Source of the DNA: Guillardia theta CCMP2712
Lineage: Eukaryota; Protista; Cryptophyta
Direction of reading: 5' to 3'
Length of the DNA: 61,525 bases
Assembly (NCBI RefSeq): GCF_000315625.1
Contig: NW_005434654.1
Span: 429,820 to 491,344 of the forward strand
Shown: in pieces, positions 12,408-25,100 of the stretch
How the letters are laid out: each line of letters opens with the position of its first letter
How positions within the stretch are numbered: position 1 is the stretch's first letter
The notes under the pieces: model-generated
Database searches by the model: none
Told to the model about the DNA's origin: nothing
Seen by the model: the letters and a program-made list of their open reading frames with translations, nothing else
Position numbers and translations under genes: made by a program

Positions 12408-13380
12408 GGTTCTGCCTCTTCGGTCGAGAGCTCCGCAGCTCCAGGAAGCCCTCATCCCCCAGCAACCCTCCTAGTTGATCTGCTCATCGCCCTCATTCCC
12501 AATTGATGGCTGAGGTGAGGGCGATGAAATGTCACATCCTTTCAAAGCCGCGGATTTCCTTATTTTGGGGGTAGGGGTACTTGCTCTAGAGATTATCACC
12601 CCCAATTTATAGTTATGATTTTTGATAATAGGGTGGGTAGTTAATTAAGGCTACTACGACCATGGTGGGTAGGTGCTTGCTGCAACAGAGGGCATACAAG
12701 AATCACTGGTTGGCGACCAACAATCCTCATGCAACATTCGCCATCCATACCCCACCAATATTTAGTTACTTGACTAATAGTTTAAACAATATGTTCTTAT
12801 ATACTAAATATAGTATTGAATTTTAACTAATATTGGAAGAGATACATTTGAATCAGGTAGAATAGGTAGACCCTTTCCGGTACGCAGTTGGATCCCTGCG
12901 GGGCGCAACCGATCGGGCAATGGTTGGCCTCCTTGCTGCGCTCTGTGCCGTGGCTCGCCCATGCTCCCTCCACCGCCTCCCCTCTGCTCCCCGCCCTCTG
13001 TAGAAGCTCCTCCTCTACATGTCTCGCTGCCTCGCTTGTCTGGTGGTACCCTAACTCTGACATGCTCATCTTCGCTCCTCATTTTTGTTACGCCGAACCC
13101 CAGGGTATCACAATACCCCTGCACATGTTTCTGCAGAAGGCGTTTCTGCCATGGCGACTTTTCCCTCCTTTAAAACAATTGAACAATTATGTTTGGTCTT
13201 GTCCTTGGTCAAGGTTTCATGCTTAAATCCTTGCGCTGCAACCACTTCATGATCCGACTCTACTGTTGCTTTGCCATCCTACGTCCCCTTTGCCCCCGTC
13301 GATGTTGCCTCTGCTTGTTCTCTGCTTGTTCAATCGTTTGACCTTAAATTTTGTCGTCTGACGACTGATGTGGATAGGAG

Positions 13381-14150
13381 ATGGAACACGATTATGTGCA
13401 GAAAAAGTCTAATGTAGCTAAGCAACAGCTTCTGTTGCTGACTGACCGCCCGCACAACAAGGTAGCTGCTCGCCCCTAGGTGGATTCTTTGTACTAAGTA
13501 TCCTTCTTAGTGTCCCCGTGTGAGCCCAACCCGCCACTTTCCATTCCGTGGGGTGTCGCAAGTCACTGTGAAGTGAGTCATGGCTGCTGCCTCGACCGAC
13601 TGGAAGTGATCTTGGAGTCGCAGAAGGTTCCTGGAGAACGAGGATGCGATGCAGCGGGTGCTCATGGAGTTCAACAGTGTGACTGAGGTGAGACAGCCGC
13701 TCCCTTGCGAGTGCGGAGCACGCTGACTGGCGGCAAGGTTGAGTCGTTGAGGAAGTGCAACCGCACCCTGCGAACGCTGGTTGACGAGCACCCGAAGCTG
13801 TGGAAGCACGTGACCTTCTCTCCTCCGGGGCTCGCGAGATTATCTCGACACGGGGTGAGGACCCTTCTTGCTCGTTGTCTGAAGCTGATTAGAGCTCTTC
13901 TACCAGGAAATGCTGCAGGCAGAGAAGATCTTGAGGAAAGGTGCTTCCTCCCGGCAGGCAATTGCTGGCTCTGACGTGCAGCAGGTGCCAAGGAAGGGAA
14001 CACTGAGGCGCAGATCATGCTGGCATTAATGTGAGTTGCGCGCTTCATGGGATGTCTCCTGACCCTTGTGCAGGTATCATCATGGATACACTTGCCCTTG
14101 CCATCCGCTCGCCCTGCCGGTAATTCCTCTCGCCGTCTGTAAAGATTTCT
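13381..14150 (+). CDS. Small multi-exon F-box-like + Sel1-like repeat protein
   Basis: Spliced FLENEDAMQRVLMEFNSVTE|VESLRKCNRTLRTLVDEHPKLWKHVTF (F-box-like) and AKEGNTEAQIMLALM|YHHG (Sel1-like); 51-nt intron 13573-13623 with GTGAGT donor. Ends uncertain. Confidence 0.45.
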
Positions 14151-14650
14151 TGCAAAGAAGACACTGAATGTCCCTGGTTGTTCCTGCATGTCTACCAGTC
14201 AGTACTGTGGTTGTTGTGCTAGTCCTTCTTTTGCGAACGTCTCTGTCAGCCTTCTATTCCATCTCCCATGCGGTCACTCCTGTCGCTTCTTTTTGATCTG
14301 GTGCTGCTGCAGGATGGTTTTTGTTGTTGTGTAAATGGTTGTCCGCCTCTGATGACGTGACATTGCTGTTTCTAGGGCGCACATTGATCGAGAGCGAGAC
14401 CATCTCGAGACAAGGGCAACCCATTTTTCTCTTTTTTCTTTTCTATTGGAGGATGCTCCTATCTCACCTTGCGAGAAACTGAAAGTTTTGGTGTACACAA
14501 GTAGAAAAAAAATCCAGTCAGTCATTCTTAAATACGATTTTTCCATCGAGAATGGCATGTTGTAGACGATGCTGCTGGAGCAACGGAACTAATTATAAAC
14601 AAAGTAAATGCTTAACTGACTATGAAAAGTCAACCAAAAATCTCCAGTGC

Positions 14651-16776
14651 TCACTCTACGACATGATCGTCGGCCGCGAACTTCCTCTTCAGTCTCGTCT
14701 TTGCATCGTTGTACATCCTCCGCCTGTTCATCGCCTCCCTTACCCTCTTCACCCTTGAAGACATCACCTTCTCCCCGGGCTGTTCCTTCAGGATTGATCG
14801 AGGGAACTGCAACGTGAACGAGTCGTGCACGGCCCGATCGTCTCCGTGCACATAGTCGACCCTGAAGGAGTCGAGGTCCGCCACGACCTTGATGTAGCCA
14901 TGGTTGATCGCATCCACCACCTGCAAGGGCACGGGCCGTCAGGCTCACGTGAAGCTCACCAGCCATGGCACGACTGCACCTCGAAGATCTCTGGCTGCGG
15001 CTCCTGGATGTTGTAGCAGCTCGCAAAGCCTCCCATGCCGATGATCATGTAGATCGGAGCAGCGTACACGCCGGGGCCCGCAGGCCTAACACACTTACCC
15101 TTATAGACTGGGCAAGAACGCTGGTAGCTGTGATGGTGGGCGGTGAGGACGACATTCACCTTCACATCAATGAGCCTCACGGAGAGCAAGGGAGCGAGAT
15201 ATCTCAACCTGGAATTCCATGAAGATCTCCTCCCACTCCTCGATCATCCGATCTCCCAGGACGTGATCCCCGTCGGGCTCGTCCCAGTTTGTGCTGCTGA
15301 TGTACATTGGGCGATGCGCAGAGACGACGATCCATGGAGTGACTTTCCGGTCCACGGACTTGAGATCTGCCAGCAGCCACGCCGTCTGCATCTTGTACTC
15401 GTGCTCTGACGAGAGCACGACAACGTGGACAGGCCCTCGCTCGAAGCTGTACCATGGCTTGTCTAGCGCCTTCTTGGGTGCTGAGCTGTTCCCGAAGTAC
15501 GGCATGGGAAAGCGCAGTTCGAAGGGAACCCCACACTCCCCTTCAGAGTCGGTCCGGCCGTAGGATCCAGTGCCGGGCCAGTCCCTCTCATGGTTCCCAA
15601 TCCCAACCATCCACGGGATCCTGGAGCTGATGTCCTCTATCTGCTTGTGGAACTGATCCCATACCGATGCAAACCCTCTAGCGTACGAGATGTCGCCAAT
15701 GTGGAGGACGAACGCCACGGATGGGTCCGCTGCCATGTCGCTGTACATGGCTTCCGTCGTGTTCAAGGACGGGAACGAGTCAGAGTACTGCACACTCTCG
15801 TCCGGGGCATGCATCCCCAGGTCCCCGAAAGCAAAAAAGGAGATCTTGGAGGAGCTTCCCGGCCCCGGCATCTTGAACGATTGCACCTTGCTGAAGCCAC
15901 TGGCCTCACTCCCGACACGGTAGAAGATTTCCTCTCCGCCCTCCAGCCCCTTCATCAGTGCCGAATAGAACATCCCTGGGTCACGGAAGCCCTTCCCCGC
16001 TGCGTCTCCTCCACACATGTCTTCGCGAGTGTAGGTCGTCCGCACTTGAACAGCCGCCTGCATGTTGAGGACGTCCTGCGTTCTCCCCCACTGCACCATC
16101 ATGGAGTCTCCTCCGACGGAGTTCGCCGTCCAACTGACGAGCATCTCGTCCTGTTTGCTGGTGTAGGCCAGCCTCCCTCCTGTCGGCATGTTCGGGTTCT
16201 TGAACTTGACGACGTTGGACTTGGAGACCAGCACTGCTGAGGTGATGTCATTCTGAAAGAGGTAGAAGATGGTGTCTTTCCTGGGGTTCACCACCTGCGG
16301 TAAAGATCACAAGAGGTTGCAGGTGAGACAAAACAGCAAGCAAGCAACAGCAACACAGCGCCCTTGCGCTCTCAACATCGAGTCACAGAGCTGTGCAAAC
16401 ATGCAAAAGAAGCAACAAGTCTCACCTGGAAAGTGATCGTGCCCTTGTATCGTCCGCCGACCGACTGATATTTGATCGGAGCAACGACCGTGACGTCATC
16501 ATCGACGTTGTACATGCCAATCCAGTACATGGTTCCGTTCTTCCCCGGCACCCCGTGCCATGAAACTTTCACAAACTCGCCGTTTTCCTCTAGGACGGCA
16601 GGAGAGGCGTTCAAGACTCCGACTATCATGGAGGGAGCGACAGTGAACTTCTCAGGCTGAGCTCTAGCAGGCGGAGGAAGGAGCTCGCTACCTGCTTCCT
16701 CGTACTGCCATCGAGGGAAGGCAGACACAGTCGTCAGCAGCAGAGCCGCCGCCAACACGTTTCTACACCCTGCCAT
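14651..16776 (-). CDS. Secreted purple acid phosphatase (metallophosphoesterase with N-terminal FN3-like domains)
   Basis: Signal peptide MAGCRNVLAAALLLTTVSA; metal-ligand motifs GDLG, GDISY, GNHE, VSAH, AHHH; introns at 16295-16425, ~15155-15205, ~14923-14970. Confidence 0.92.
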
Positions 16777-17021
16777 GGAGATGCAACAAGCGGGCTACAA
16801 CTTAGGACTGAATATAGACCCGTCCTTTTCAGAGTAAAAATTGGGGTGGTGGGGTGGTCCTAGGAAGGGGTGTAGCCGAGCGGGCCGCGGGACCGTCGGG
16901 AGTCGCCGCGGCCCGGGCCCGACCGGCACTGAGAAAACTGAAAGTTCCGTCTGCGGAACAACAGGCCCAAGGCGGCCGCTGTACATGGAAGGAGGCATCT
17001 GACCGCGCGAGTTTCAGCAGC

Positions 17022-18425
17022 ATGGCGTCAGCAGGGAGCTCTCTCCTCCTTGTCTCCGTCATGTTCTTCGCCTCTCCCCAGGTCTCCTCTGCCTTCAGCT
17101 TCCATGCTGCCCATCAGGGCGCCCTCTCAGCACCGAGCTTGCGCCTTGCCCCCAGGACGTCTGTCTTCATGAAGGATCCTTTACCGCAGAAGAGACAAAA
17201 GGCGCCAATTGCTGCTCCTCTCCTTGCTCAACGGGGAGATGGTGAAGCGCGCAAGACGGACATGCTTCAGTCTCTGTACAAGTTCACGAGGCCCCACACG
17301 ATCAGAGGCACAATCCTCGCTTCCTGCGCCTGTGTCACCAGGGTCATGTTGAGTTGCATTGAGAATCAGGCGTACATAGAATGGAAGCTCATGCGCACTG
17401 CCGTGATCGGGCTTGTTGCTCTGCTGTGCGGCAACGCATACATCGTTGGCATCAACCAAATATACGACGTGGACATCGACAAGGTGAACAAGCCGTTCCT
17501 GCCAGTCGCGGCAGGGGAGATCAGCAAGCCTCTGGCCTGGTCTCTTGTTCTGGGATCAGGTGTCTTGGGGCTTTCTTTAGTCTACACCTTCTTTTCTCCG
17601 CTCATCTTCAAGCTATATTGTTTTGGAATGTTTCTCGGAACCGTCTACACCATCCCTCCCTTCCGCTGGAAGAACAATGCTGTCCTTGCAGCGTTTGCCA
17701 TTGCGATGGTTCGAGGACTCTTGCTTAACGTAGGTCTGCATCATGCAGCTTCAGATGTCCTCGGACTAGCACTCTCATGGCCACCTCAGGTTCCTCGAGA
17801 CATATTGTGTCTCCATGCTGACATGTGGCAGGTGTTGTTCATAGCCTCATTCATGACCGTGTTTGCGCTGGTCATTGCTGTGGCGAAAGATCTTCCCGAT
17901 GTGGAAGGGGATCGCAAGTATCAGGTGCGGGAGATATCCTCTGTACTCCTCTCACCATTCGGCACATCAGGTGCAGACGTTCGCCTCTCGTCTGGGCGTG
18001 GACAAGGCATCGAAGCTTGTGGTGCTGGTAGCTACTCCTTCCCTCCTTTGTCACAATCTTGTTGTCTGATTCTGGATCTGTGCAGGTTCTGCTCAGCAAC
18101 TACGCCATGGGTGTTGCTGTGGGATTCTGGGCACAGTCTGTCAACAAAGTTCTCATGGTGAAGACATCTGGCGATGTTCTTGTATGAGCAATGCTGATCT
18201 GTGGTCTGCATTCTACCAGATCCTCTCGCACTGCGGGTTGGCCACTTGGTTGTTATGGTTTTCTTCCAAACTCCAAGCAGAATCAATTAGCAGGTCAAGT
18301 CTTTGCTAGCTTCGTTGTCCTTGATCCATCCATGGCTGACTTTGTTGCTTCCTAGCATCAAACTCTTCTATAGAAACATTTGGAAGCTGTTCTACGTCGA
18401 ATATTTGCTTTTCCCATTCATGTAA
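17022..18425 (+). CDS. HST: Homogentisate solanesyltransferase (UbiA family, plastoquinone synthesis), complex-plastid targeted
   Basis: FTRPHTIRGT, NAYIVGINQIYDVDIDKVNKPFLPVAAG, KDLPDVEGDRKY, FYRNIWKLFYVEYLLFPFM-stop (TAA 18423-18425); leader MASAGSSLLLVSVMFFASPQVSSA|FSF. Confidence 0.92.
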
Positions 18426-18469
18426 AAATAAATGAATGAACTTTCAGTGATCTTGCGATGAAAGTTTTT

Positions 18470-18860
18470 CAAGTTGGCCAGGCCCGAGGCTGAGTCAAAC
18501 AAACTTGAAACCTCCGAGTCCCCCCCCTCCCCCCCCCCGGGCCCTCACTGGCAGGCTCAATGCGCGTGACTACGGGCGGCCCCCCCGGCGGTCTGAAAGT
18601 TACCAGGCTTACTCAGTGTTATCATAGTATCACTGTACTTTTACTCAAAGTTAAGTTCAAGATCAGTACGGTACGGTACGAGGACAATCAGTAGAGGCGA
18701 GGAGGCTTGACTAGGACTGACTCACGGGCCGATAAGTCGGCGATCGGACCCATGCCGTGGGGGCCCGTCACGGCGTGGCCCGGCGCGCCGCGCCGTTTCG
18801 AAGTTTCAAGTTTCACACGGTTTAGCGCGGCGGCCCGGCCCGGCGGGGCGTTCGGGCTTA
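18470..18860. repeat. GC-rich palindromic intergenic block (class I) containing TTTACTCAAAGTTAAGTT
   Basis: 18-mer at 18640-18657; CGGTACGGTAC and GAAGTTTCAAGTTTC words. Confidence 0.6.
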
Positions 18861-19877
18861 TGTAACGTCTGTAACCGTTCTTTTTTATTTCGAATCTCCT
18901 AGTTTTAGTCAACCAGGGTGCGTCAGAGGGGGGATGTGGTTTTTTCGGAGGGGGTGAATCTCCATGCAGAAATCCAATAATCAAACATTAGTTAAATATT
19001 ATAGTACGAATTTATGTGTATCTTTCAAAATGAGTAAACTATCAATATAGATTTTTTCAGGGTGTATATGGGTTCTGTCAAAATCTGAAAACCATCGACC
19101 CTTCCCCCAACTTGCTAGAGCACCCTAGGAGAGGGCGGCAGGCAATGCAGCCCAGTTTCCACCTCCTCCGCCTCCTCCTCCGCCCGTGCCGCCTGCTCCT
19201 GCTCTACCTCGCTCACTGTCATGGCACAATCAGCCTACTCGATGCTTCCGTGCCTGCCTCCTATCCTCCCCGTGACACATGCGCGAATTGCAACTGAGAA
19301 TCCCTTGATCAATCGCATGTTCTCTACTCTACTTCCTTATCTGTAAAATTTTCCTCTTGTTCGATCTTGTTGTTCTCCCTTGCTGGTGTGAATTGCGACA
19401 TCTTGTGATGAGCAGAATTTCCGTCGCTCTATCTCAGTCCTGATGCTTCTCCCTGCATGTTTTGTTTGCTCATGATTCCCTTTCGGGCGAACGTCATGCG
19501 TTGCACTTCTCCCCACCATGTACGACTTATCAACATCTTCTCCCCTAGCTCACCTTCATCTCACCTTAGAGTCTGATGCTGTAGGGCAATCCGAGTCCTT
19601 CTGTTGTTCGTTGCAAGTTCTGTCGTGATGCACTTTGTGCTTGTATGGCTCGTGCTGTTACGATGGGCGGTCATGCCCAATTCGAATGGGTCTTGATGTT
19701 CGACTGAGTGTCTGCTCCATCTTGCAACCTGTGATGTAAATCTGCAATCTGTGACAGCCTTGCTCATATCTGCAACAAAAGTCTGCTCAACCTGTTGGAG
19801 CTGTCGCTCACTAGATTCCTTGCAGTCAGTTTCATTCGATTCCCAGCTGAGCGAGCAAGAGCAACTAGCATTGAGGA

Positions 19878-22800
19878 ATGGCCCACTACTGCGATACGGT
19901 TGGGATTGATCTTGGAACCACACGATCTTGTGTTGCTGTCTGGGATGGGACGCAGGTGAATCGCCAGGGACCTGCAGGCTTGTAGTGAGCATTGCTGCGG
20001 CAGGTGCACGTCATCGCCAACGAGAGCGGTGACAACACGACGCCATCCTGGGTTTGCTACCCTGACTTGAAGCAAAGACGAGTTGGAAAGGTTTGACGCC
20101 CTCCCGCTTGTCTTGTCTTGTGCATGAAACGAGCCTTCAGGCTGCTGAACGCGCCGGCACCAAGTATGCGAGCAGTGTGATTTACCATTCAAAGCGTTTG
20201 ATCGGCTGTCGATATGGCGAGAAAGTGATTCAGGTCTGTTGCTCTCCATCTCGAGGAGTTTGATCCTTCCCAAGACATCTGTCTGCCTCCTCGTGACATC
20301 TTGGGCTGCAGGATGCCGCTAACCTGCGATGGCCTTTCCGAGTCGTTGACCAGGTTGGTTGCAGTGACGTTGATGGTCAGCAGGTAGTCACATTCTTACA
20401 GGGAGACGGAGGAGCTGCCATTCAGATCACCGTTGCTGGGCAGCCGAAGATTGTGAGAACAGTGGAAGGTTCCAGCGCATGAGTGACGGTCTGTGCCAGG
20501 TGACCCCGGAAGAGGTTGGAGCCGGTATCCTTTCCTACCTCAAGAAGGTATGACTTGTTGTAGTGTGGTGCCTCTTCTCACTGCGTGCGTCAGGTTGCGG
20601 AAGAGTTCATCGGGCGGCCAGTCAAGAAGGTGAGGAGAAAGTCGGGAGGAGCGGTCAGAGCATGAACAAGGCTGCCAACAGGCGGTTATCACCGTCCCAG
20701 CATACTTCAACGATTCTCAGCGTCAAGCTACGAGGGATGCAGGCAGGGTATGGACGAGCAGCATGCGATGAGACGTGCCTTGATGGAGTTTGCAGATCGC
20801 TGGTCTTGAGGTCAAGAGGATCATCAACGAGGTTTGCCTTGTCCATGTGACCGCTGCTCTCTTTGTGACGTCACTCGGAAGCCGACGGCTGCTGCTCTTG
20901 CCTTTGGTGTGCTGGATTCTCATTCTATGGGCACGAAGAACTTGCTGGTGGACTGCTGCCGAGTGTTTGACGTCGTTGGTGAACGTAATGTTCAGGTGTT
21001 CGACTTCGGTGGTGGTACTCTCGACGTCACCATCATGCAAATCGAAGCGAACTCGATGAACTTCCTGGTCTCTTGCCGCCCGCGATCTCCTGCTCCTGCT
21101 CATTGCCTGCCCTGCCAGGTCCGTGCGACCGACGGAGACACGAGGCTGGGAGGCGAGGACATCGATGCAAGATTAGTCGACCACTTTCTTGATGTCTTCC
21201 AGAAGCACACTGGTTCCTCCCTCCCCTGTCGATCTTACCTGGCGGTCTGACGGAGAATGACAGGCGTCGACCTTGGTAACGCCAAGGAGAGCGACAAGAA
21301 GAAGAAGGTGGGTTGGACTCCTTGCTCGGCTGCCCCTTGACTGTCTTTCCCCCAGGCCCTCGCGAAGCTGCGAGCGGCAGCAGCACAGCTGAAGATCGAT
21401 CTCTCAAGGATGACGGAGTCCGACATCTGCCTCGACGAGCTCTACCAGGTAGGACAAGCTCGCCGTGTGGTGGGAGGAGGGTGAGAGGCTGGCAGGACGA
21501 GACGCTGGAGGCGAAGATGACGCGCGATGAGTTCGAGTCCTTGGTGAGTTCTCCTCCTCCCTTCCCTTCCTCCTTGCCCCCGCATGGCCGACGAGACGTG
21601 GGCAGGTCGGCGACTTGCTCGAGAGGGTCCGGCTGCCCGTGATGAGGGCGCTCGAGAAAGTCCATGGTGGGATGAAGGTGAGAGGAAGCTGGATGAGTCA
21701 CGACCGGCGCCCCTGACTGACGCCCTTCCCTCGCAGGCCGAGGACATCGACCAGGTGCGGGGCTGTCCGTCTGCCCTCGTCGGCCCGACGTGACATGCTG
21801 CCTCCCCAGGTTCTCCTCGTCGGAGGTTCCAGTCGCATCCCCAAAGTGCAGCAGATCCTTCAGGTTCTCCTTCCCCCCCCCCCCACCCCCCCAAAAACCT
21901 CACCCTCCATCTCACCCTCCTCGCCCGCTGACTTGATGTAACAGGAAATGTTCCCCAACAAGGAACTGTGCAGGAGGTTTGCTGCCTGCCCCTGCTGCTT
22001 CTCCTCCTCTCCCGCCTGCCCCTGCTGCTCCTGCTCCTCTCCATCTCCTTTTCCTTCTCGTTCTCTTCCCCGCTTCCTTCCCCTTCGTTTGCTCGTTGAC
22101 ACCCTGGTCAATCTTCTCGTTTCCCCGCGCTCATTCGTGTGCAGGATCAACCCAGACGAAGCCATTGCTGTCGGCGCAGCCATGGATGGCTCCCACCAGT
22201 ATCAGGTAGGCCCTTTGTCTTGGTCGTCCTCGTTCTCGTTCTCGTCCTCCGGCGTCGCCCTCCTTGCCGCTCACGCCATCGTACTCACTGTCGGGCTTGA
22301 AGATGGTGGATGTCGTTCCTCGAGCCCTCGGCGTCGCTACAGCCAATCACGAGGATCCATCACGCCAGGTAGAGGAGAGGAGAGGAGAGGAGAGGAGAGG
22401 AGAGAGGAGAGGAGAGGAGAGAGGAGAGGAGAGGGGACGAGAGAGTGTGAGAAAAGGAAGAGGTGAGTGGGGGAGAGGTAGGTGAGAGGAGAGGTGAGAG
22501 GAGAGGAGGAAGAGGAGAAGAGCATTTGCTGGTCAGCTACTCCTACCTGCGGGCGAACACTGGGAGGATGGACTGACCTGTATCCTCCAGTTCACAACCA
22601 TCATCATCCCAGCTTGCTCACCCATCCCCGAGGGAGGACTCATCGTTACCTCCTCCTTCGGAACCTCCCGTGACAATCAGACCGTGAGATTCGTTCCCTC
22701 TTCCGCCTGCCTTCGTACACCCTAACTCCCTCCATCCACTCTCTTCCACCACCCTCTCTCCTCTCCTCTTCTCTCTTTTCCTCTCTCCTTTGTCTCCCTC

Positions 22801-23686
22801 CTCTCCCTCCATCCCACTCCCCCCCTCGTCTCTTTTAGCCTCATGTCTCCTCTCGATCTTGCCTCTGACGCCACCGCCCCGCCTCTCCTCCTCCTGTGCT
22901 GGTCCACTGATGCGACACTTTTAGGGCGCGGACATCGAAATCTGTGAAGGAGAGGAGCGATACTTCGACGAGAACACCCACTTGGGAGGTGATGCTGCTG
23001 TTGCTCATGATGACGATGGTGGTGATGGTGGTGATGATGATGTGGGTTGTTTTGCGTGTGCCGGTGCTGCTGCGGCTGCACGAGGGATGGCAGGGCTGAT
23101 GGCGATGGTGCTGACGTCATGGGCAGAGTTCGAGCTGAGCGGACTTCCTCAACGAGGACGAGGAGAGATCACGATCAACGTCACCATGAGCGTCGACAAG
23201 GTGAAGGGCGCGGAGGTGAAGGAGGAGCAGGCGAGCCTGATAGGTCGATCCTCCAGGACGGAATCCTGACAGTCACTGGGACTGCGGAAGGGACTGACAT
23301 CAAGAAAGACATCTCGGTCAGAGCGAACAAGGGACGCATGTCAGAAGATACCATCCGCCGGCTTCAGGTCCGATGGATTTCTTGTTGAATGTTGTGCTGT
23401 GTGCCAGTGTTTGTTCTGCTCTTGTTGTGTTTTCGTTGTTTCCTCCACCCTCCCTCTCTCCCCCTTCCCTTTCCTTCTGAATTCCGTCACTCATCTACCT
23501 CATCCCATCTCACCTTGTCTTTACTGTCTCATCTCATTTTGTCTTGTGTTGTCCGGTCTCGCCTCCCCTTCCTATTGTTGCCAGTGTCTTGTTCAGCATG
23601 CTTCGTCGTTGACATGTTGCCCATGTTGATGTTGTTGCCAGACTGAGAACGAGGAGTATGAGAAGTACAACACGAGAGATCCCTGA
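19878..23686 (+). CDS. Divergent Hsp70/DnaK-family protein lacking most of the C-terminal lid, >20 introns
   Basis: [139 protein letters not shown]|[14 protein letters not shown]-stop (TGA 23684-23686). Confidence 0.9.
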
Positions 23687-23768
23687 AGTCTCTCTGCACG
23701 TGTTGAGTTGTTGCGTGCAACTCGTTGAAGCGACCAAGTCAATAAAAGATACTGAGGATGCGTGCGAA

Positions 23769-23802
<34 letters not shown>

Positions 23803-23939
23803 ACAGGAGGCAGAACGATCGCTCAGTGCATGTGGTGGTGATGGTGGTGACGGCGGCGACCAAGGTGACAACAGATTGACCAAGAGAGGAGCAGGAAGAG
23901 GAGATTTGAAATGCAGCAGCAGATGTTCGAGTTTCTTTG

Positions 23940-25056
23940 TCACCCCCTTGTCGCTGTCACTGCTCGTGCTATTAGCTTGCACATGCCTGGCTCCTCCTCC
24001 TCCAGCTTCTTCATCGCAGATCGCAAGTTTGCGGAGTTGATGAAGTTCTGAGTGAAGGCGACGGAGTCCTGCGAGAGTCGATTAGAAAGAAACAGCGAGG
24101 ACGAGGAGAGCAGGCGAGGGGGAGAGGAGAGAAGAGGGGAAGACGGTGATGGTTGAGAAGGAATGGAGAGCAAGTGTTAAAAGTTGAGGAAGAAGGGGGA
24201 GAAGGGAGGAAGAAGGGAGGAGAAAGGAGGAAGGAGGAGGAGGAGGAGGAGGAGGAGGAGGAGAAGGAAGTGGGTAGGAGGAAGGAGGAGGATATGGTGA
24301 TGGTGTGGCATCACCTCCAGATTCAGGACGCAGTGCCAGTAGCCGCGAGGGATGAAGACGACGTCTCCGGCCTCTTGGATGCCCCACAAGAAGGGTCGAG
24401 AGTTGAGCAAGTCCCTCCTCCTCTCCTCTACGTCCTCCTCCTCGCTCTCCTCTCCGTCCTCCGAACTTTGTTCTCCTCGTCCTCGCTTTCTTCCGGCATG
24501 TTCTCCCCCTCTCCCACTCTTCTCCTTCCCGTCCTCTCCCTCCTCACACAGGAGAGGCAGCAGCGTTCCCTTGAGCCACTGGAGGACAGGAGGAGGCTCT
24601 ACGACTTTCCCTCCTTGCCCCGAGAGGGCAGGGAGCGAAAGGACGCCAAGAGGATTCAGCTCTTCTCCCTCCTGCTGTTCTCGTCAGGTCGTGGGAAACT
24701 CCCTCCTCCCTCCCCCCTCCTCCTCCTCCTTTCAGCTCGCCAGTTCCTCATCCTCTCGTCTCCTCTGTTCCAACTCCCCTTTCTCGTTGACTTCCTCTTC
24801 GTTGTTCTACATCCCTTTCCTCTCCTCGCTTCCCTCTCCTCCCTCTCCTCCTCCTCCTGCTTCTCCTCCTCCTTCCCTCACCTCCTTCCTCCCCTTCCCT
24901 CTCACCTCATCCTTGCAGTCTCTGCACATAATCCAGAGCTTTCGGCCGCTGATCAGAAAATTCCACGCAGAAGTTCCCTTGGGGTCCACGTGCCATCCTG
25001 ATACCAGAGAGATCAGATTCGAAGTCACAAGTCGCGATGATGATGATGATGATGAC

Positions 25057-25100
<44 letters not shown>

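Noticed and set aside
14950-15150. AHHH instead of GHxH in the purple acid phosphatase as a sign of inactivity
   Set aside because: Both His ligands are retained, and Ala at this position occurs in other family members
15590-16240. 216-aa + strand ORF (similarly 1785-2402, 33812-34483, 50505-51071, 46403-46921)
   Set aside because: Antisense shadows of well-supported GC3-rich genes on the opposite strand
19112-19870. Signal-peptide-like short ORF and a Cys-rich VVRCKFCRDALCAC stretch suggesting an N-terminal extension of the Hsp70
   Set aside because: No consistent spliced frame found; the Hsp70 has an in-frame stop just upstream of a good-context ATG at 19878
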